64,000 bases of DNA from an uncultured Actinomycetes bacterium (GCA_963725665.1 CAVRZA010000011.1:192001-256000); one strand, 5' to 3'. Numbered from the stretch's first letter, positions 29,336 to 39,591 are shown. The notes: generated by a model from the letters alone, not told the origin. Numbers and translations are program-made.

Positions 29336-30325
29336 CTAGCCGACCGAGTCTATCGTAGTCCGGCCACCGTCAACGGTGAGGAGTGCGTCCCCCGGCGTCC
29401 CCGGCTCGCGCGTCCCGCGAGTGGGGAGAAGCTCGATGACGAGCACACCGCAGAAGATCAGCGTGGCCCCCGTTATGAGCCGCCAGGTGATCGAGTCCAT
29501 GCCGAATATGATGCCGAAGACGGCGCCGAAGACGCTTTCGAAGCAGAGCAGGACGGCGGCGTGTGTCGAGGTCGTGCGGCGCTGCGCCCACGACTGCACG
29601 AAGAAGGCGTAGATGGTGCCCGAGAGGGCCGTCCAGACGATCGCCGCCCAGGCCTGCCACGGTAGCGCCAGGGTGACGTCGGTGACGAACGGCGTGATGA
29701 CGGCGGCGAACACCGCCGAGGCGGCGATCTGAGTGATGGCGAGGGTCGCCGGCGCCACTTTCGCGGCGAAGAACCCGGTCGTCATGATGTGCAGTCCGTA
29801 GAAGAGAGCACCCAGGAGCGTCAGGCCGTCGCCCCAGCTCATGATGGCCCCGCCGCTGAAGACATCCCGTCTGAGCGAGAGTACGCCGAGCCCGGCGGTG
29901 GCGATGATGGCCCCGGCGATCTGGCTGAGGCCGGGCGAGCGCCGCGCGACGAGCCAGTAGAGGAAAGGAACCATGGCGACGTTGAGGCCTGTGATGAAGC
30001 TCGACTTGCCGGGCGTCGTGTACTGCAGGCCGACCGTCTGCACGACGAGCGCCGTGAGGTAGAAGGCGCCCAGGACGGCGCCCATCACCCAGTCGGGCCT
30101 GCGGCTGCGGGTGAGACTGCGCGGCGCGATGGCCGCGAACATGACGAAGGCCGCGACGTAGCGCAGAAGGACGTAGAGCATCGGGTCGATGCGCCCGATG
30201 GCGTCCTTGATGACGACGAAGTTGAAGCCCCAGACGACGGCTACCGAGAAGAGCGTCAGGTCGGCGACGAGCTGCTCGCGGTGCAGCCGCGCGGGAGCCT
30301 GCATCGCCGCGCGCCGGTCGGCCAT
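29336..30325 (-). CDS. DMT/EamA family transporter
   Basis: WGFNF, GLQYTT, FITGL, QSWAQ, FESVF. Confidence 0.9.
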   Translation of the reverse strand: MADRRAAMQAPARLHREQLVADLTLFSVAVVWGFNFVVIKDAIGRIDPMLYVLLRYVAAFVMFAAIAPRSLTRSRRPDWVMGAVLGAFYLTALVVQTVGLQYTTPGKSSFITGLNVAMVPFLYWLVARRSPGLSQIAGAIIATAGLGVLSLRRDVFSGGAIMSWGDGLTLLGALFYGLHIMTTGFFAAKVAPATLAITQIAASAVFAAVITPFVTDVTLALPWQAWAAIVWTALSGTIYAFFVQSWAQRRTTSTHAAVLLCFESVFGAVFGIIFGMDSITWRLITGATLIFCGVLVIELLPTRGTREPGTPGDALLTVDGGRTTIDSVG

Positions 30326-30346
30326 CGTGCCTCGCTCCCGGCGACG

Positions 30347-31105
30347 TCAGGCCGTGACGCCGCCGTCGACCGACCAGGACACGCCCGTGATCCAGGCCGC
30401 CTCGTCGGAAGCGAGGAAGGCGACGACCGCCGCGATCTCCTCGGGGCGGCCGGCGCGCCCCAGCGGGTAGGGGTCGGCCTGTACGGCCGCGTAGGCCGCC
30501 GGATCGGGCGCGTCGGCGATCGCCTTCTCGAGCATCGGCGTGTCGACGACGCCGGGCGAGACGCAGACGAGGCGGATGCCGTCGGGGCCGTGGTCGATGG
30601 CGAGGGAGCGGGTGAGCATGATGAGGCCGGCCTTGGCGGCCGAATAGACACCCGCTCCCGGTTCGCCGTGGAGACCCGAGTCGCTGGCGATGTTGATGAT
30701 GACGCCCTTCTTGCGCGTGACCATGTGCGCGAGGACGGCCTTCATGGTGAAGAAGGCACCCTTGAGGTTGGTGTCGATGCAGAGATCCCAGTCAACCTCG
30801 CTCGTCTCGAGGATCGGCCTCTCCAGCCACACGCCGGCCGAGTTCACGAGGATGTCGAGGCGCCCGTGACGCTCGAGCGTCTCGGCGACGATGCGCGCGC
30901 AGTCGGAGACGCGCGTGATGTCGCCGAGCACGTAGGAGGCGCGATCGTCGTCTGAGAGGCTGGCCGCCACGGCGCGCGTGCGCGCCGCGCCGCGTCCCAC
31001 CACGACGACGATCGCGCCCTCGTCGCAGAGCCGCCGCGCGCATGCCTCGCCGATGCCCGAGGAGCCACCCGTGACCAGCGCCACCTTGTCCTTCAACCCG
31101 AGCAC
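30347..31105 (-). CDS. SDR family oxidoreductase
   Basis: TGGSSGIG, NSAG, YSAAK, PGVVDT. Confidence 0.9.
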   Translation of the reverse strand: MLGLKDKVALVTGGSSGIGEACARRLCDEGAIVVVVGRGAARTRAVAASLSDDDRASYVLGDITRVSDCARIVAETLERHGRLDILVNSAGVWLERPILETSEVDWDLCIDTNLKGAFFTMKAVLAHMVTRKKGVIINIASDSGLHGEPGAGVYSAAKAGLIMLTRSLAIDHGPDGIRLVCVSPGVVDTPMLEKAIADAPDPAAYAAVQADPYPLGRAGRPEEIAAVVAFLASDEAAWITGVSWSVDGGVTA

Positions 31106-31133
31106 GCGAGCCTCCTTGTCGGCGGTTTTGGCC

Positions 31134-32441
31134 TCAGCCAGCGCGGCCGCACCAGCGCATGGCGGTGAGCGCGACGATGGCGCAGTAGTCGACGAGCTCG
31201 TCGACCGACACGCACTCGTTCACGGCGTGGGCGGTGTTCATGCCGCGGGGACCGAACGAGAACGTGGGCGTGTCGCCGAAGAGCGTGAACGTGGCCGCGT
31301 CGTGCCACGAGTTGAGGCCGCCGAGGCGGCCGGGCCGGCCGAGCTCGGCGGCCGTCTCGAGCGCGAGCCGCACAAGGGGGTGGTCCCCCGGTATCTCGGC
31401 CGGCGGCACATCGTACTCCCACTCCCAGGTGAGCGGGTGGGCGGCGATCCAGTCGTCGGCCTCGGCGGCGGCATCGATGCGCACGCGCATCTCCTCCTTG
31501 ATCGAGGCGCCGCTCAGGCCGTGCACGGGGAGGTAGTGCGCATCGAGCGTCAGGTGGCAGAAGGCGGGGATGGTCACGTCCCAGGTGCCGCCGTCGACGA
31601 GCACGGGCACGATGTCGCCGGGAGCCAGGAGCGGGTGCCGCATGTCCGGCCGTGCCTGCCAGTCGGCGTTGAGTCGCCGGATCTCGCTGAGGATCGGGAC
31701 CAGCTTCTCGATGGCGTTCACGGCGCCGCCTTCGCGCCAGTCGGGCTGCGGTTCCTGCGAGTGGCCGGCGCGCCCCTCGATCGTGATGCGCGGCTTGAGG
31801 ATCCCCCGGCAGGCGACCCACGCCTCGAACTCGGTGGGCTCGCCGCACAGCCCGGCGTCGGCGCGATAGCCGCGCCGCACGACCTCGCGCCCCCCGGCGC
31901 CAGAGGACTCCTCGTCGGTCACGGTGGCCACGAGGAGGTCGCCGGCCAAGCGGATGCCGAGGCGGTGGAGGAGCTCGACGGCCAGGACCAGCGCGGCGAT
32001 CGGGCCCTTCATGTCGTTGGCGCCCCGCCCGTGGAGCAACCCGTCGCGCACCTCCGCGCGGAAGGGGTCGCTCAGCCACCGCTCGCGCGGCTCGACGTCG
32101 ACGGCGTCGATGTGACCGCAAAGGAGGAGGGAGCGGCCGGACGGGGCGCCCGCGAAGCGAGCGACGAGCTGCGGCCGCCCCACGAAATCGAGGCCGGCCG
32201 GGCCGTAGGGGTCGCCGGCCTCCGTGGTCTCGGCCTCCCAGAGGTCGATCTCGCCCCCGGCCGCGGCGAGACGGCGCGCGACGGCGGCCTGCAGCGCGGC
32301 TTCGTCGCGCGGCGGCTGGCCGCCGTCGCGCGCCGTCGTGTCGTACGCGACGAGCTCCGCGGCGAAGCCGACGAGCTCGTCGCGCGCCGCGCGCGCCGCC
32401 TCGATCACCTCGAGCTCGAGCTCGTCGAAGGGGCCGCTCAC
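31134..32441 (-). CDS. ArgE/DapE family M20 deacylase
   Basis: GHIDAV, GRGANDMKG, DEE, GEPT, FGP, AHAVNE. Confidence 0.9.
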   Translation of the reverse strand: MSGPFDELELEVIEAARAARDELVGFAAELVAYDTTARDGGQPPRDEAALQAAVARRLAAAGGEIDLWEAETTEAGDPYGPAGLDFVGRPQLVARFAGAPSGRSLLLCGHIDAVDVEPRERWLSDPFRAEVRDGLLHGRGANDMKGPIAALVLAVELLHRLGIRLAGDLLVATVTDEESSGAGGREVVRRGYRADAGLCGEPTEFEAWVACRGILKPRITIEGRAGHSQEPQPDWREGGAVNAIEKLVPILSEIRRLNADWQARPDMRHPLLAPGDIVPVLVDGGTWDVTIPAFCHLTLDAHYLPVHGLSGASIKEEMRVRIDAAAEADDWIAAHPLTWEWEYDVPPAEIPGDHPLVRLALETAAELGRPGRLGGLNSWHDAATFTLFGDTPTFSFGPRGMNTAHAVNECVSVDELVDYCAIVALTAMRWCGRAG

Positions 32442-32549
32442 CTGTCTCCATCGCCTTGGGGTTGGATTCGTGGGAAGATTCTACAGGAGCACCCAGTGGG
32501 CGAACGCCCGCCAGCCATCGGCCGGCGCAACGAGCGAACGGAGGTCACG

Positions 32550-32900
32550 ATGAGCACCGACGTCAGCACCGCGATCAGGGTCGTGAAGCCGAGCGACGTG
32601 ACCTGGAGCGAGGCCTATCGCGGCCCCGAGGAGAAGGAACCGCCGGGCGTGCAATTCACCGCCTTCGAGGCGGGTCCCTTCAGCACCGGCTTCTGGCAGC
32701 GCGACGAGCAGGCGCGTCCCTTCGAACGCCCTTACCACGAGATCGCCTACATCATCGAGGGCGAGGTCGAGGTGACGATCGAGGATGGGACGGTCATCCA
32801 CGCCGGTCCGGGCGACATCATGGTCACCCCCAAGGGGAGCAAAGGGTACTGGAAGAACCTGTCGCCCGTGCGCAAGTTCTGGGCCATCTTCGAGGAGTGA
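32550..32900 (+). CDS. Cupin (EutQ/DUF861-like) protein
   Basis: RBS ggagg; GFW, EIAYIIEGEV, GPGD, PKG, VRKFW. Confidence 0.85.
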   Translation: MSTDVSTAIRVVKPSDVTWSEAYRGPEEKEPPGVQFTAFEAGPFSTGFWQRDEQARPFERPYHEIAYIIEGEVEVTIEDGTVIHAGPGDIMVTPKGSKGYWKNLSPVRKFWAIFEE

Positions 32901-32980
32901 TCACGCCGACGATCTTCGTCGGTCGGCGCGCCTGACGGCTGGCCGGACCTCGGGCGCTGCCCGCGGCGCATCTTTCGCTT

Positions 32981-34552
32981 CTAGCGCACGGTCACGCGGA
33001 GGCGGTCGACGCCCTTGCCGCCGTGGCTGTCGACGACGGTCACCGTCACCGTGTAGGTGCGACCGCGGGTGCGCGGGAAGGCGTGGCGAAGCGTGAAGCG
33101 CTTGCCGCTCAGAGCCAGGTGGCGCTTTCCTGAGCCGTCGCCCCAGGTCACGCACGCCTTGTAGGTCTCGATACCCGGGTCGGTGAAGCTCCCGCGCCGC
33201 GCGAAGACGACGCCGGCGCGAATGCTGGCGTTCGCGCCGGCGTAGACGCGCGGCGCCCGGTTGACCACGGTGATCACCGCGCGAGCCGTGCCGTGACCGC
33301 CGTTGTCGCCACTGACCGTCACGACCACCACGTGTCGCCCGGCGCGGCGATAGCGATGCAACAGTGAGAACGTCTGGTCGGCCGCCAGGGCGAGAGGCTG
33401 GGCGCCTGCGCCGCCGCCGTAGTCGACGCTGCCGGTCCAGCTCGTCGCCCCGACCGTCTCGTCCTTGAACCAACCGGCCGGCGAGTATGTCCCTCCCTCG
33501 AGCACGCGGACGTCCGCCAGGCCACCCACTGTGAGCGCCCCGGGACGCGGCAGCGACGAGGTGTCCACGACCTCGAAGTCGGTCCCCTTCACCTGGCTCA
33601 GGGCGTGCAAGGCGTCGTCGTCCCACCTCGAGTCGGGGGCACCAGACAGGTACCAACTGCTGCCGTTGTCGGCCACCAGCATGCCGTAGGTCTTCAGCGC
33701 CTGCAGGATCACCTGGTCACAGGCCGGAAAGCCCGAGATATCGAAGCCGGCCTTGAGACGCAGACGAAGACCCATGGGCGGCAGATCGGGGTCGCTGCTG
33801 CTGCTGGCGAAGTGGGTCGCGGGGTAGACGTAGGCGCGCTGCGTCGCGTTGACGGTGAAGCGCAGGGCGTGGTCGATGACTCCTTCCTGCACCTCGTCGT
33901 AGCGCACGAGGCCGGGGAGCATCGGCAGGCCGGCGGCGTCGGCCGAGGTCCAGCCGTCGGGGCGCAGGGCGTTGGAGCCCAGGTCGAACACGGCGCCCGA
34001 GCCGGCCGTCCAGCCCTGGCCGCTGGGGTGCGCGTCGAAGAGCTCGTAGAGCAGGAGGTTGTCGGCGTCGAGGACCAGCACGTGGCGGTCGCCGCTCGCG
34101 TTTGGGCCGCCCTCGATGGGCGCGTCGGGCGGTATCGGGTAGGGGCCGGGATCGCTCTCGTCGGCGTAGTAGAAGGAGACGGGGACCTTGGGCTGCGCGG
34201 CGCCCACGACGACGTAGGGGATGCCGTTCGGAGCGCCGTTCCACACAGTGCCGAAGTCGGGATGCAGGCCGCCGGAGGATCCAATGCGGGCGATGTAGTC
34301 GGCGGAGTTGGGATCGACCGGCAGGGTATCGACGGGCGTGTTCCAGGCGTTGTCGGCGGGGAACAGGGAGAAGGGGATGGGCGCCCCGGGGCCGTACGAG
34401 GCGGCGCTCGCGGCGGCGGGCAGCGCCAGCAGCGCCGCCGCCGCGAGCGCCGCCGGCAGCAGGCGTCGCAGCCTCGCGGCCGCAGTGATCGCCGAACACC
34501 AGTGCCGTCTTCTCACACCATCCCTATCGGCGCGCCGGACCTCCCGCTTCAT
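32981..34552 (-). CDS. Secreted protein with conserved uncharacterised N-terminal domain and two PKD-like domains (start uncertain)
   Basis: Ala-rich signal ending AASA; GDRHV, WTSADAAGLP, IDHALR, YGMLVADNG; VDYGGG...HRY and TWGDGS...HAF PKD motifs. Confidence 0.75.
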   Translation of the reverse strand: MKREVRRADRDGVRRRHWCSAITAAARLRRLLPAALAAAALLALPAAASAASYGPGAPIPFSLFPADNAWNTPVDTLPVDPNSADYIARIGSSGGLHPDFGTVWNGAPNGIPYVVVGAAQPKVPVSFYYADESDPGPYPIPPDAPIEGGPNASGDRHVLVLDADNLLLYELFDAHPSGQGWTAGSGAVFDLGSNALRPDGWTSADAAGLPMLPGLVRYDEVQEGVIDHALRFTVNATQRAYVYPATHFASSSSDPDLPPMGLRLRLKAGFDISGFPACDQVILQALKTYGMLVADNGSSWYLSGAPDSRWDDDALHALSQVKGTDFEVVDTSSLPRPGALTVGGLADVRVLEGGTYSPAGWFKDETVGATSWTGSVDYGGGAGAQPLALAADQTFSLLHRYRRAGRHVVVVTVSGDNGGHGTARAVITVVNRAPRVYAGANASIRAGVVFARRGSFTDPGIETYKACVTWGDGSGKRHLALSGKRFTLRHAFPRTRGRTYTVTVTVVDSHGGKGVDRLRVTVR

Positions 34553-34612
34553 CGCAACGCGTCGCCGGGGCTGGTCACAGCTCGGCGGAAGCAGGGGTAC
34601 GATACGGCGAAC

Positions 34613-35854
34613 GTGAGCGAGAACACCCGCCTTCCCATGCGCCGCTTCGCGCGCCTGCGCTCGCTCGACCGCAACGTGACGGCCCTCGGCATCGTGAGCC
34701 TGGTCGCCGACCTGAGCTCGGAGATGGTCTATCCGCTGTTCCCGGTGTTCGTCACGACGGTGCTCGGCGCGCCGGTCGCCGTGCTCGGCCTCATCGAGGG
34801 CATCGCCGAGGCGACGGCGAGCCTCACGCGCTATCCCTTCGGGCGCGCCTCCGACGAGCTCGGCCGCCGGCGTGTCTTCGTCGTCTCCGGCTACGGCCTG
34901 AGCGCCCTCGGCAAGCTGGTGCTCGCGCTCGCGGCCGGCTGGCCGGTCGCCCTCGCCGGGCGCTTCGTCGACCGCGTCGGCAAGGGCGTACGCACCGCGC
35001 CGCGCGACGCACTGCTCGCCGCCGGCGTCCCCGACGCCGACCGTGGCCTCGCCTTCGGGCTGCACCGCTCGCTCGACACACTGGGCGCGGTGCTCGGGCC
35101 GCTTGCCGCCCTGGTCCTCGTCGACCTCGGTCTGTCGATACGCAGCGTGCTGCTCGTGGCCGTCGTGCCCGGCGTCGTGAGCGTGCTGGTGATCCTCGTC
35201 GCCGTGCGCGAGCGGGCGCCGCAGGCGCCCGCTCGCGCACGGCGACGTCTGCACCTGCCGGCCTCGCCGGCCTTCCGCTGGCTGCTGGCCGCCTCGCTCG
35301 TCTTCGCCGCCGGCAACTCCAGCAACGTCTTCATCCTGCTCAGGGCCAAGACGCTGGGCTACGGAGTGACCGCGGTGATCCTCCTCTACGTGCTCTACAA
35401 CGTCACCTACGCCGGCGGCTCACTGCCGCTCGGCGGCCTCTCGGACCGCGTCGGTCAGCTCCCGGTCGTCACCGCCGGCTTCCTCGTGTTCGCCGCCGTC
35501 TATCTCGGCTTCGCCGTCGCCCAGGGCGGCTGGGCTCTGGCGCTCCTTTTCGCCGTGTACGGCCTCTACATCGCCGCCACGGAGGGGACGACCAAGGCCC
35601 TGCTCAGCCGCGCCGCTCCCGACGAAGAACGCGGCTCTGCCATGGGCCTCTACGACACCCTGGTCGGCATCGCCGGCTTCGCGGCGAGCGCGCTGGGCGG
35701 CGTCCTGTGGTCGGCCGTCGGACCCTGGGCGACCTTCGCCTACGGCGCCGCGTGCGCGCTCGCCGCCGCAGTGCTGCTTGACGGCCGGCTGGCGACGCCT
35801 CCGCGGCGGCGTCGCTTGAGGAGTCGGTGCGGCGCATCTATCATTCGAGCGTAA
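34613..35854 (+). CDS. MFS transporter
   Basis: SEMVYP, GLIEG, SDELGRRR, DRVGKG.RTAPRDA, GLHRSLD. Confidence 0.9.
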   Translation: MSENTRLPMRRFARLRSLDRNVTALGIVSLVADLSSEMVYPLFPVFVTTVLGAPVAVLGLIEGIAEATASLTRYPFGRASDELGRRRVFVVSGYGLSALGKLVLALAAGWPVALAGRFVDRVGKGVRTAPRDALLAAGVPDADRGLAFGLHRSLDTLGAVLGPLAALVLVDLGLSIRSVLLVAVVPGVVSVLVILVAVRERAPQAPARARRRLHLPASPAFRWLLAASLVFAAGNSSNVFILLRAKTLGYGVTAVILLYVLYNVTYAGGSLPLGGLSDRVGQLPVVTAGFLVFAAVYLGFAVAQGGWALALLFAVYGLYIAATEGTTKALLSRAAPDEERGSAMGLYDTLVGIAGFAASALGGVLWSAVGPWATFAYGAACALAAAVLLDGRLATPPRRRRLRSRCGASIIRA

Positions 35855-36082
35855 CTCAGTGACGACCAGGGTGGCCGCGATGGTCAGCTCATCTATCTCG
35901 CGCGCGCCGGCGCCCGGCTCCGCCCGGGGCGCCTTCGACACCTGGCGTCCTCACTGCCACGCCTGGACGAGCGAGCCGATCTTCCACACCTAAGACCCGC
36001 GCGTCCCCCCTTCCGCCCCTCACCGGATCAACCATCGGCCGCCGCTGACGGGCGGTGAGCGCGCACTCTCGTCGCCCCCGCA

Positions 36083-38143
36083 GTGCCGCTGGTGTTTTGG
36101 CCACTTTCTGACGACAAGGAGACCGTGGAGCTCGATCCATTCATCGATGTCGACCTGACCACCGGCGCGGTGACGAGACGCCCCGTCGATCCCGACCAGG
36201 CGCGCCTCGTGCTCGGCGGCCGCGGGCTGGTCGCGCTCGGACTGCTCGACCAGCCCGCGGCCGACCCGTTCTCGCCCGACAACCCCTTGTTGGTCTTCGC
36301 GGGGCTGCTCACCGGCACCGCCGTGCCCGCCTCGTCGCGCGTGCACATCGGTGCACGCTCGCCGTTGACCAGCCTCTCGGGCAGTTCCAACGTCGGCGGC
36401 AGGGTGGGACGGGCGCTGCGGCGCGTCGGCGCGAGCGGCATCGTCGTGCGCGGCGCGGCGCAGCGCCCGTCGTACCTCCTGCTCTCCGAGGACGAGCTGG
36501 AGATCCTGCCGGCCGGCGAGCTCTGGGGGCTCGATACGGCGAGCGCCGGTGAGCGGCTGGCCGGCTCACACCCGCGCTCTTCGGCGCTGCTGATCGGCCC
36601 GGCCGGCGAACGCCGCGCGCGCCTCGCCTGCGTGGTGACCGAGCACGGGCATGCGGCGGGGCGCACGGGCATGGGCGCCGTCATGGGGTCGAAGTTGCTC
36701 AAGGCCATCGTCGTCGTCCCGCCGCGGGCGGCCGCGGCGACCTACGGCCGCAGGAGACCTGCCGCCGTCGAGAGCGACGACGGACGAGCCAGCGCGCGAG
36801 TCTCCGGAGGAAGCGACGAAACACGGACCCGCGCGCACGGGGCCGCACAACGCTATCTCGCCAGCATCATGGCCGCACCGTCGTTCGCCGAATGGGCCAC
36901 ATGGGGCGCGACCGCCTCAGTCAAGTGGTGCAACGACGAGGGGATCCTCGCCACGCGCAACTTCGCCACCGCCGTCTTCGACGGCGCGGCCGCCACCGAC
37001 GGCACGGCTCTCGCCCCATGGCTCGCCGGCAGCCACGGCTGTCCCGGCTGTCCTGTGCGCTGCAAGGCCGAACTGCGCCTCGCCGGACGGCTCGTGGAGC
37101 GCCCCGACTTCGAGCCCCTCGTCGCCTGGGGCGCCAAGGTGGGCGTCGACGACCCCGAGGCAGTCGTGCTGCTGCACGAGCGCTGCGACCGTCTCGGCCT
37201 CGACTCCGTTTCCGCCGGTGCGGCCTGCGCCTTCGCCCTTGACCTCTTCGAGCGCGGCATCATCGACGAGTCCGACACCGGCGGCCTGGCCCTCCACTGG
37301 GGCGCGGTCGAACCCCTGGCACGGCTTGTCGAGCAGATGGGATCGGGCGAGGGGTTCGGCGGCCTTCTCGGCGACGGCGCGCTGCGCGCCGCGGCCGCCA
37401 TCGGCCGCGGCGCGGAGCGCTACGCCTACCACGTCAAGGGTCTCGAGCTGACCGCCTACGATCCCCGCGGTGCGTTTGCCACCGCCCTGGGCTACGCGGT
37501 CTCCAACCGGGGGGCGGACTTCGCCAACGTATACGCGCGGCACGAGTTCGACGTGACGCCGCAGGTGGCCGTGCGGCTCTACGGCGACGAACGCGCCGCC
37601 GAGGCGACGGTCACCGACGGCAAGGCCGAGATGGTGCAGCGCAGCATGATCGTGAGCGCCGTGCTCGATGCGCTCGGCATCTGCAAGGTCCCGGCCCTCA
37701 GCCTCATCAACGACTACGAGCTCGAGGCAGAGGCCGAGCTCGTGCGCGAGGCAGCCGGACTCGAGGTCTCGGCCGACGACCTGTGGCTCGTGGGCGAGCG
37801 CATCGTCGCCGCCGAGCGACTCTTCAACCTCGCCTGCGGGGCCGGCGCGGCCGACGACCGACTGCCGCGCCTGTTCGGCTCGCAGCCGCTCGCGGACGGA
37901 CCCGCGCGCGGCGTGACCGTCCCCATCGCCGGGATGCGCCGCGAGTTCTACCGGCGCATGGGCTGGTCGAGCGACGGCCGTCCGACCAGGGCCACGCTGC
38001 AGCGTCTGGGACTGCTGTCGCGGGCCGGTGCTACGAGTCCGCCACTGCGACGCCGCACCGGCCCACGACCCCGAGCCCAGGAGGCCGCGAAGAGGGTACC
38101 TTCCGCGCACTTCACTGACACCGTCCCCAGGAGCACGCCGTGA
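36083..38143 (+). CDS. Aldehyde:ferredoxin oxidoreductase (W/Mo) family
   Basis: GGRG, RSPLT, IGPAGE, AAGRTGMGAVMGSK, CPGCPVRC, GLDSVS, VKGLE..YDPR, RGAD, LGIC, DDRLP. Confidence 0.92.
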   Translation: MPLVFWPLSDDKETVELDPFIDVDLTTGAVTRRPVDPDQARLVLGGRGLVALGLLDQPAADPFSPDNPLLVFAGLLTGTAVPASSRVHIGARSPLTSLSGSSNVGGRVGRALRRVGASGIVVRGAAQRPSYLLLSEDELEILPAGELWGLDTASAGERLAGSHPRSSALLIGPAGERRARLACVVTEHGHAAGRTGMGAVMGSKLLKAIVVVPPRAAAATYGRRRPAAVESDDGRASARVSGGSDETRTRAHGAAQRYLASIMAAPSFAEWATWGATASVKWCNDEGILATRNFATAVFDGAAATDGTALAPWLAGSHGCPGCPVRCKAELRLAGRLVERPDFEPLVAWGAKVGVDDPEAVVLLHERCDRLGLDSVSAGAACAFALDLFERGIIDESDTGGLALHWGAVEPLARLVEQMGSGEGFGGLLGDGALRAAAAIGRGAERYAYHVKGLELTAYDPRGAFATALGYAVSNRGADFANVYARHEFDVTPQVAVRLYGDERAAEATVTDGKAEMVQRSMIVSAVLDALGICKVPALSLINDYELEAEAELVREAAGLEVSADDLWLVGERIVAAERLFNLACGAGAADDRLPRLFGSQPLADGPARGVTVPIAGMRREFYRRMGWSSDGRPTRATLQRLGLLSRAGATSPPLRRRTGPRPRAQEAAKRVPSAHFTDTVPRSTP

Positions 38144-39591
38144 CCGCATCAACCCCGCCCTCGGCCGTCGGCCGCCTCACCTTCCTCTCCGACGACGCAC
38201 GCCAGGCGATCTTCGACACCGCCGTCGACATCATCGGACGCGTTGGCATGCGTGTCCTACACCCCGAGGCGCTGGCGCTGCTGCGCGACGCCGGCGCCGA
38301 GGTCGCCGGCGCCGACCTCGCCCGCCTTCCGCGGCAGCTCGTCACCGACGCGCTCGCCGCCGTGCCGCACTCCTTCCCCGTCTACGACCGCGCTGGTGAG
38401 CCCGCCTTCGTGCTGGGTGGCTTCACGAGCGTCTTTGGCACCGGCAGCGACCTCATGCGTCTCTTCGACCTCGAGACCGGGCAGCGGCGTACCAGCGAGC
38501 TCGCCGACGTCGGGCGCGCGGCGCGGCTGTGCGACGCGCTCGACAACATCGACTTCGTCATGTCGAGCGCCTATCCGCACGAGGTCGACGCCCACCGCGC
38601 CTACGTCGAGAGCTTCCGCCAGATGGTCGCCAACACGGTCAAGCCAATCGTGGTGACGGCCGAGAACGGCGCCGACCTGCGCGTGATGTGGAAGATCGCG
38701 GCGGCGCTGCGCGGCGGCGAGGAGGAGCTGCGCGCCAAGCCCTACTTCATCATGTACGGACAGCCGTCGAGCCCCCTCGAGCACCCCTTCGACAGCCTCG
38801 AGAAGCTGCTCCTGTGCGCCGACACGGGCGTCCCGACGATCTACTCGCCGGCCCCTCTCGCCGGCGCGACGGCCCCCCTCACCGTGGCTGGCCACGTGGC
38901 GCAGGGCGTGGCCGAGTCGCTGTACGGCTTGGTGATCCACCAGCTACGCCGGCCGGGGGCGCCGTTCATTACCGGCATCGGCCCCGCCGTGCTCGACATG
39001 GCGACGGCGCAGTCCTCCTACAACGCCCCCGAGTACCTGCTGGCCTACATGGGCGCGGTCGAGATGGCGAAGTGGCTCGACATCCCCAACTGGGGCTACG
39101 CAGGGACGACCGACTCGCAACTCCTCGATGCACAAGCCGGCATGGAGATCGCCGAGCTGACGCTCCTGGCGCTGCAAGCGGGCTCCAACCTGAACCACGA
39201 CGTGGGCTATCTCGACTTCGGCATGACCGGCTCGTTCGAGCAGATCGTGCTCTCCGACGAGCTGATCGCCTTCAGCCGCCGTCTTCTGGCCGGCATCACG
39301 GTCGACGCCGATACCCTCGCCGCCGACGTGATCGCCGCGGTCGGTCCCGGAGGCCACTTCATGGGGACCAAGCACACGCGACGGCACCTGCGCGACGGCC
39401 AGTGGCGACCGACGGTGCTCAACCGCAAGGGCTACGACGCCTGGCTGGAGGAGGGCGGGCTCGACGCTCGCGAGCGCGCTCGGCGCAGGGCGCTCGAGCT
39501 GCTCGCGACCCACGAGCCCGCCCCGCTGCCCGACGGCATGCCCGCCGAGATCGACCGGCTCATCGCGGAGTTCGCCGCCGGACGAGACTAG
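38140..39591 (+). CDS. Trimethylamine methyltransferase (MttB) superfamily protein, non-pyrrolysine
   Basis: SSPL, GATAP.T.AG, PGAP, LDMAT, TDSQLLDAQAG.E, HDVGYL, VGPGGHF..KHT; no internal TAG. Confidence 0.9.
   Translation: MTASTPPSAVGRLTFLSDDARQAIFDTAVDIIGRVGMRVLHPEALALLRDAGAEVAGADLARLPRQLVTDALAAVPHSFPVYDRAGEPAFVLGGFTSVFGTGSDLMRLFDLETGQRRTSELADVGRAARLCDALDNIDFVMSSAYPHEVDAHRAYVESFRQMVANTVKPIVVTAENGADLRVMWKIAAALRGGEEELRAKPYFIMYGQPSSPLEHPFDSLEKLLLCADTGVPTIYSPAPLAGATAPLTVAGHVAQGVAESLYGLVIHQLRRPGAPFITGIGPAVLDMATAQSSYNAPEYLLAYMGAVEMAKWLDIPNWGYAGTTDSQLLDAQAGMEIAELTLLALQAGSNLNHDVGYLDFGMTGSFEQIVLSDELIAFSRRLLAGITVDADTLAADVIAAVGPGGHFMGTKHTRRHLRDGQWRPTVLNRKGYDAWLEEGGLDARERARRRALELLATHEPAPLPDGMPAEIDRLIAEFAAGRD

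Noticed and set aside
35855-36082. Small gene between the MFS and AOR genes
   Set aside because: No convincing ORF, RBS or motif
38140-39591. Pyrrolysine-containing MttB
   Set aside because: The ORF is uninterrupted; the Pyl-equivalent region reads YAGTTDSQ with no TAG
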